NCBI GenBank assembly: GCA_030390025.1 | Contig: JASTWF010000035.1 | Span: forward strand, 1,116,001-1,180,000 | From: Squalus acanthias | Lineage: Eukaryota | Direction of reading: 5' to 3' | DNA: 64,000 bases | In this document: positions 58,064 through 64,000 of the stretch, one piece after another | Numbering within the stretch: position 1 is the first letter of the stretch | Layout of the letters: the number at the start of each line of letters is the position of its first letter | Position numbers and translations under genes: made by a program | Notes under the pieces: generated by a model | What the model was told of the DNA's origin: nothing | Seen by the model: the letters and a program-made list of their open reading frames with translations, nothing else | The model's database searches: none

Positions 58064-61000
58064 TAAGAACATAAGAACATAAGAAATAGGAGCAGGAATA
58101 GGCCACTTCACCCCTCGATCCTGCTCCGCCATTCAATAAGATCATGGCTGATCTTGGGCTCAAAACCACTTCCCTGCCCACTCCCCATAACCCTTCACTC
58201 CCTTATCTTGCAAAAATTTGTCTATCTCCACTTTAAATGTATTTAATGACCCAGCCTCCACAGCTCTCTGGGGCAGAGAATTCCACAAATTTACGACCCT
58301 CTGAGAGAAGAAATTCCTCCTCATCTCAGTTCTAAAAGGGCGACCCTTTATTCTGAGACTGTGCCCCCGAGTTCTAGATTTCCCCATGAGGGGTAACATC
58401 CTCTCTGCATCTACCCTGTCGAGCCCCCTCAGTATCTCATATGTTTCGATAAGCTCACCTCTCATTTTTCTAAATTCCAATGAGTATAGGCCCAGCCGAC
58501 GGAATCGTCTCTGAACTGCCTCCAATGCAAGTATATCCTTCCTTAAATAAGGAGACCAAAACTGTACGCAGTACTCAAGGTGTGGTCTCACCAATACCTT
58601 GTACAGTTGTAGCAGGACCTCCCTGCTTTTATACTCCGACCCCCTTGAAATAAAGGCCAACATTCCATTTGCCTTTTTGATTACTTGCTGTACCTGCATG
58701 CTAACTTTTTGTGTTTCATGCACAAGGACCCCAGGTCCCTCTGAACTGTAGCATTTTGTAGTCTCTCTCCATTTAAATAATAGTTTGCTTTTTTATTTTT
58801 CCTGCCAAAGTGGATAACCTCACACTTTCCCACATTATACTCCATCTGCCAAATGTCTGCCCACTCACTTAGCCTGTCTATATCCCTTTGCAGATTCTTT
58901 GAGTCCTCTGCACAACTTGCTTTCCCACCCATCTTTGTATCATCCGCAAACTTGGCTACATTACACTTGGTCCCTTCATCCAAGTGTTAGGGAGAAATTA
59001 TTTCACTCCAGTCTGTGTTGATAGGTGAAAGCAAAACAGTTTATTTAATATTCAGAGATCTCTGGGAGAAGTGTCACAGACCTTACCCGGCCTGGTGACT
59101 ACAGCTTCTCGACCTCCCGTTGTCAATTACAACCTTTTATTTAAGAATTGTCCAATCACATAGTTACAAAATATCACATGATTACAATTATGTCAATTCA
59201 AACTAAACAATTATGTCAATTCAAACTAAACCATGAATTCGTTATATTTCTTACCTTTGTCAGCTACAAACTAAAAGCAATTCAATGACGTATATATGCT
59301 GCTATGTTTGCCTGAGGAATGGGCTACTGTCTCATTCTCACACTTGTCCATTGTATTTTGGCCTTGAATGTTGCTAAGTTTCCAACTCTCACCCATGCTT
59401 ATCTCTCCACCTGGGTTCTTGTTCTATTTCGTACAGCTAAGAGGTTTTAATTTAATTTAATTTAACATGAGTTCAAATTAACCCTTTCACAAGTCATTAA
59501 TGTAGATTGTAAATAGTTGGGGCCCCAGCACTGATCCTTGTGGCACCCCACTAGTTACCGTTTGCCAACCAGAAAATGACCCATTTATCCCGACTCTCTG
59601 CTTTCTGTTAGTTAGCCAATTCTCTATCCATGCTAATATATTACCCCCAATTCCGTGAGCTCTTATCTTATGCAGTAACCTTTTGTGTGGCACCTTATCG
59701 AATGCCTTCTGGAAATCCAAATACACCACATCCACTGGCTCACCCTTGTCCACCCTGCTTGTTACATCCTCAAAGAACTCCAGCAAATTTGTTACACGCG
59801 ATTTCCCTTTCCTAAAACCATGCTGACTCTGTTTGACTGCAGTATGTTTTTCTAAATGCCCTGCTACTGCTTTCTTAATGAAGGATTCCAGCATTTTCCC
59901 AACGACAGATGTTAGGCTAACTGGCCTATAGTTTCCTGCTTTCTGTCTCCCTCCTTTCTTAAATAGGGGTGTTACATTTGCGGTTTTCCAATCCGCTGGG
60001 ACCTCTCCAGAGTCCAGGGAATTTTGGTATATTGCAACCAATGCATCCACTATCTCTGTAGCCACTTCTCTTAAGACCCTGGGATACAGGCCATCTGGTC
60101 CAGGGGACTTGTCGTCTTTTAGTCCCATTATTTTACTGAGTACTATTTCCTTAGTGATAGTGATTGTCTTTAGTTCCCCACTCCCTGTGGCCCCTTGATT
60201 ATCCATTATTGGGATGTTGTTAGTGTCTTCTACAGTGAAGACAGATGCAAAATATTTGTTCAGAGTCTCTGCCATTTCCCCGTTCCCCATTATTAATTCC
60301 CCAGTCTCATCCTCTAAGGGACCAACGTTTACTTTAGCTACCCTCTTCCTTTTTATATACCCATAGAAGCTCTTACTATCTGTTTTAATGTTTCTTGCCA
60401 GCTTACTCTCATAATTCATCTTCTCTCTCTCTTTATTATTTTTTTAGTCATCCTTTGCTGGTTTTTAAAAATTTCCCAATCCTCTGGTCTCCCACCAATC
60501 TTAGCAATATTATATGCCTTCGTTTTCAATTTGATACCATCCTTTACTTCCTTAGTTAGCCATGGATGGTGCTCCCTTCTCTTAAAATCTTTCTTTCTCA
60601 CTGGAATATATTTTTGCTGAGAGTTATGAAATATCTCCTTAAATGTCCACCACTGCATTTCAACTTTCTTACCCTTTAATTTGTTTTTCCAGTCCACTTT
60701 AGCCAGTTCTGCCCTCGTGTCATTGTAATTGCCTTTGTTTAAGATCAGGACACTGGTTTGGGATACAACTTTCTCAAACTTCAACTGAATTTGAAATTCA
60801 ACCATGCTATGATCACTCTTTCCTAGAGGATCATTTACTATGAAATCATTTATTAATTCTGTCTCATTACATAGTACCAGATCCAAGATAGCCTGCTCCC
60901 TGGTTGGTTCCATTACATACTGTTCTAGGAAACCATCCCGGATGCACTCTATGACTCCTCCTCAAGGCTACCATGGCCAATTTGATTTGTCCAATCAATA

Positions 61001-62590
61001 TGGAGATTAAAATCACCCATGATTATTACCGTACCTTATTTACAGGCCTCCATTATTTGTTGATTTATACTCTGTCCAACAGCATTGCTACTGTTTGGGG
61101 GCCTGTAGACTATGCCCACCAGAGACTTTTTCCCCTTATTATTTTTTATCTCCACCCAAACCGATTCTACATCTTGATCTTCTGAGCCAATATCACTTCT
61201 CACCACTGCACTGATCCCATCTTTTACCAACAAAGCCACCCCACCTCCCTTTCCTTTCTGTCTGTCCTTCCGAATTGTCAAATACCCTGGAATATTCAGT
61301 TCCCAGCCCTGGTCACCTTGCAACCACGTCTCTGTAATGGCGATCAGATCATACCCATTTGTATCGATTTGTGCCGTCAACTCATTTATCTTGTTACGAA
61401 TGCTGCATGCATTCAGATATAGAGCTTTCAACTCTGTCTTTTTACCATTTTTCCTTGTTTTGGCCTTTTTTTCTGTTACACTCTTATTTTTAAATATTCT
61501 GTCCCTTCCTGTCACACTCTGGTTATTATTTCCCCCAGCTCTAGCCTGCTCTATTGCTTTCTCATTTCTCATTGACTTTTTATTTTCCCGCTCACCTGGA
61601 TCCTCCCCCCCACTATTTAGTTTAAAGCCCTCTCTACAGCCCTAGTTATTCGATTTGCCAGGACTCTAGCCCCAGCATGGTTCAAGTGAAGCCTGTCCAA
61701 ACGGAACAGCTCCCTCTTATCCCAGTACTGTTGCCAGTGTCCCACAAATCGAAACCCATTTCTCCCACACCAGTCTTTGAGCCACTCGTTCATTTCTCTG
61801 ATCTTATTTACCCGATGACAATTCGCTCGTGGCTCAGGTAGTAATCCAGAGATTATTACCTTTGTGGTTCTGCTTTATAATTTAGCCCCTAGCTGCTCAT
61901 ACTCTCTCAGCAGAAGCTCTTTCTTTGTCCTTCCTATGTCATTGGTACCTACGTGGACCATGACAACTGGATCTTCCCCCTCCCACTCCAAGTTTCTCTC
62001 CAGCCTAGAGGAGATGTCCTTACCCTGGCACCGGGCAGGCAACACAGCCTTCGGGACTCACGCTCTCGGCTGCAGAGAACAGTATACCCCTCACTATACT
62101 GTCCCCAATCACTACAACATTTCTTTTTGCTCCCCCCACTTGTACGGCTCGCTGTACCACGGTGCTGTGGTCAGTTTGCTCATCCTTCCTGCAGTCCCTG
62201 GCCTCGTCCACACAGGGAGCAAGAATCTCGTACTTGTTGGACAAGGCCAAGGGCTGAGGCTCCTCCACTACTACCTCCTGGATCCCAATACCTGCCTCGC
62301 TTGTAGTCACACCCTCCTGTCCCTGACCATGGGCCAAATTGGAAGTAATTATTCTAGTGGGTGTGACTGCCTCCTGGAACATAGTGTCCAGGTAACGCTC
62401 CCCCTCCCTAATGTGTCGCAGTGTCTGAAGCTCGGACTCCAGCTCATCAACTCTGAGCCGAAGTTCCTCGAGCAGCCAACATTTGCTGCAGATGTGGTCG
62501 CCCTGGACCTCAATGGTGTCCACCAGCTTCCACATGCAACAACAACAACACATTGCCTGGTCTCCCATCTCAATTAATTAATTAATTAGT
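58064..62590 (-). mobile_element. Near full-length degenerate CR1 (ORF1 from 62568; ORF2 pieces 58160-61572)
   Basis: Collinear ORF1/APE/RT pieces and ttcttatg tail. Confidence 0.88.
58985..59489 (-). mobile_element. Solo LTR (505 bp)
   Basis: TG...CA termini (tgttaggg / ccctttca); 4-bp TSD caag; CR1 host rejoins (ccttcatccaagtcattaatg); aataaa on minus strand. Confidence 0.8.
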
Positions 62591-62864
62591 TTCAAAATTT
62601 GGAACACTTATATCTATTATATATTTAAAACGTAAGCTGCCATTAATTTGTGCTGTGACACCCACTCCCTCACTGCCGGTGGATTCCAGAGCTGGGGCAA
62701 TGTACCACAGAACTAATCGCGACACACACAGCATGTCCTTCTCTTCTGTTGTTCTGCGTTAGGTGCCATTCGAATTTAGTTGAATCTAGTCTTCCATCCA
62801 TCTGTACCCATCAGTTTCAGGTAAATCCAATCACCTGAGTTCCTAACTCCTCTCCCTTCTCCAG

Positions 62865-63031
62865 TACTACAGACCATTTAACATTCGCATTGCTCTGATT
62901 GGAGTCGAGGTGTGGACCACCGACCAAATCACAGTGGACAGAAGTGCTCAGGTAACCCTGATTCGATTCCTCCAGTGGAGGCAGAGTAATCTTCTACCGC
63001 GATTGTACAACGACAACGCTCATCTCATCAT
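62865..63031 (+). CDS. ADAM exon (metalloprotease domain): YYRPFNIRIALIGVEVWTTDQITVDRSAQVTLIRFLQWRQSNLLPRLYNDNAHLI
   Basis: ttctccag acceptor, gtgagt donor; 167 nt; YRPxNIRIxLxGVEVW and FLxWR..LLPR..DNAxL reprolysin motifs. ADAM12/15/19 group; orthology not resolved. Confidence 0.93.
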
Positions 63032-63119
63032 GTGAGTACCTGACACCCAACTTTCTCAAATCAAACTAACCCTAGGCAGGAGACAGTGAATGTGTAAATG
63101 AAAACATCTCTCCCATCGC

Positions 63120-64000
63120 AAATCGGGCAACCGCCTCGCCACACGCAATTCTCCTTCCCCCTGGCCTCCCTCATCTGCTGAGGACTGCTGTTGCTGCTGT
63201 TCCTCAGCATCTTCCAAATGCAGGTCTCTCTGTAATACGAGGTTATGCAGGATCGGGCAGACCCCGATGTGGAGAGTCTCTCTGGGGCATATTGTAAGGA
63301 GCTCCCCGACCGGTCAAGACACCTGAATCCCTGCTTCAGCGTCCCTATGGTGTGCTCAGTAATGATCCTGGGGGTCTCCTGGCTTCAATTCTAGCTGTGT
63401 TGCTCGGGCGTCCTGAGGTTGCAGAGGGGGGGTCATTAGCATATCTGTAGGGGGTATCCCTTGTCCCCCAGCAGCCATCCTGCCACGTTCCTCACTTGGT
63501 CGACTATTGGGGGGATAGTAGACTGGCTCAGGATAAAAGCATGGTGGCAGTTCCCTGGGTACCTTGCACAGACCTGCATAATGTTGTTCCTGTGATCAGC
63601 CACGAGCTGGACATTGATGGAGTGTTGACAGGCATCGTGGCCTCTTCCATGTTGGTGGTGTTTTGGTGGTGAATGCTCTGGTGGGGTCAGACTCAGGGAG
63701 ATGCATGAGGTGTGCGTACCAGAGGAGTTGGTAATGATCAGCCAGCCGGGCAGCGGTGATTGATCAGTCAAGTTGCCTAAAGTCTCATTTGAGGTTTTGT
63801 CCTGAAGCTTAACCTTTAGTAGTGTGCGAAGTGATCTAGAATCGAATCCATCGATTCGCTTGTTCATTACTTTGAGATTGCAACTTATGTCTGATCTCCA
63901 TATATGGGATAGAGAGTTCATTGCGGAGCTCGCAAGCGCATTGTGGCTATGGCAGTCAGGGGAACAGTCCCATTGAAGGGAATCATACCGCCTATGGAAG
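63120..64000 (-). pseudogene. Degenerate Harbinger transposase, interrupted by an RTE-like fragment (~63640-63950)
   Basis: HSINVQLVADH..CARYPGNCHHAFIL..GWLLGDKGYP; insert reads KRIDGFDSRSLRTLLKVKLQDKTSNETL. Confidence 0.7.

Overview
Eukaryotic, almost entirely repeat-derived genomic DNA. The CR1, SINE and Penelope families present suggest a cartilaginous fish (inference). Six small in-phase exons of a + strand ADAM metalloprotease gene (prodomain, cysteine switch, RMKR furin site, start of the catalytic domain; ADAM12/15/19-like) lie across 13371-63031; the ORF track largely misses them. The introns and upstream region are filled with deeply nested transposons: many CR1 LINEs (three young ones with uninterrupted ORF2), RTE LINEs, a full-length PIF/Harbinger element with its MITE, two solo LTRs, Penelope-like inserts with hammerhead ribozymes, tRNA-derived SINEs and minisatellites. 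The most unusual observation is an APE-RT LINE with no ORF1 that begins with a tRNA-derived Pol III SINE head (14716-17955); a SINE in the same window looks like its internal-deletion derivative. Also notable: 5' inversions of twin-priming type in both an RTE and a CR1, and two Penelope inserts sharing a CAGG^TTGG target.
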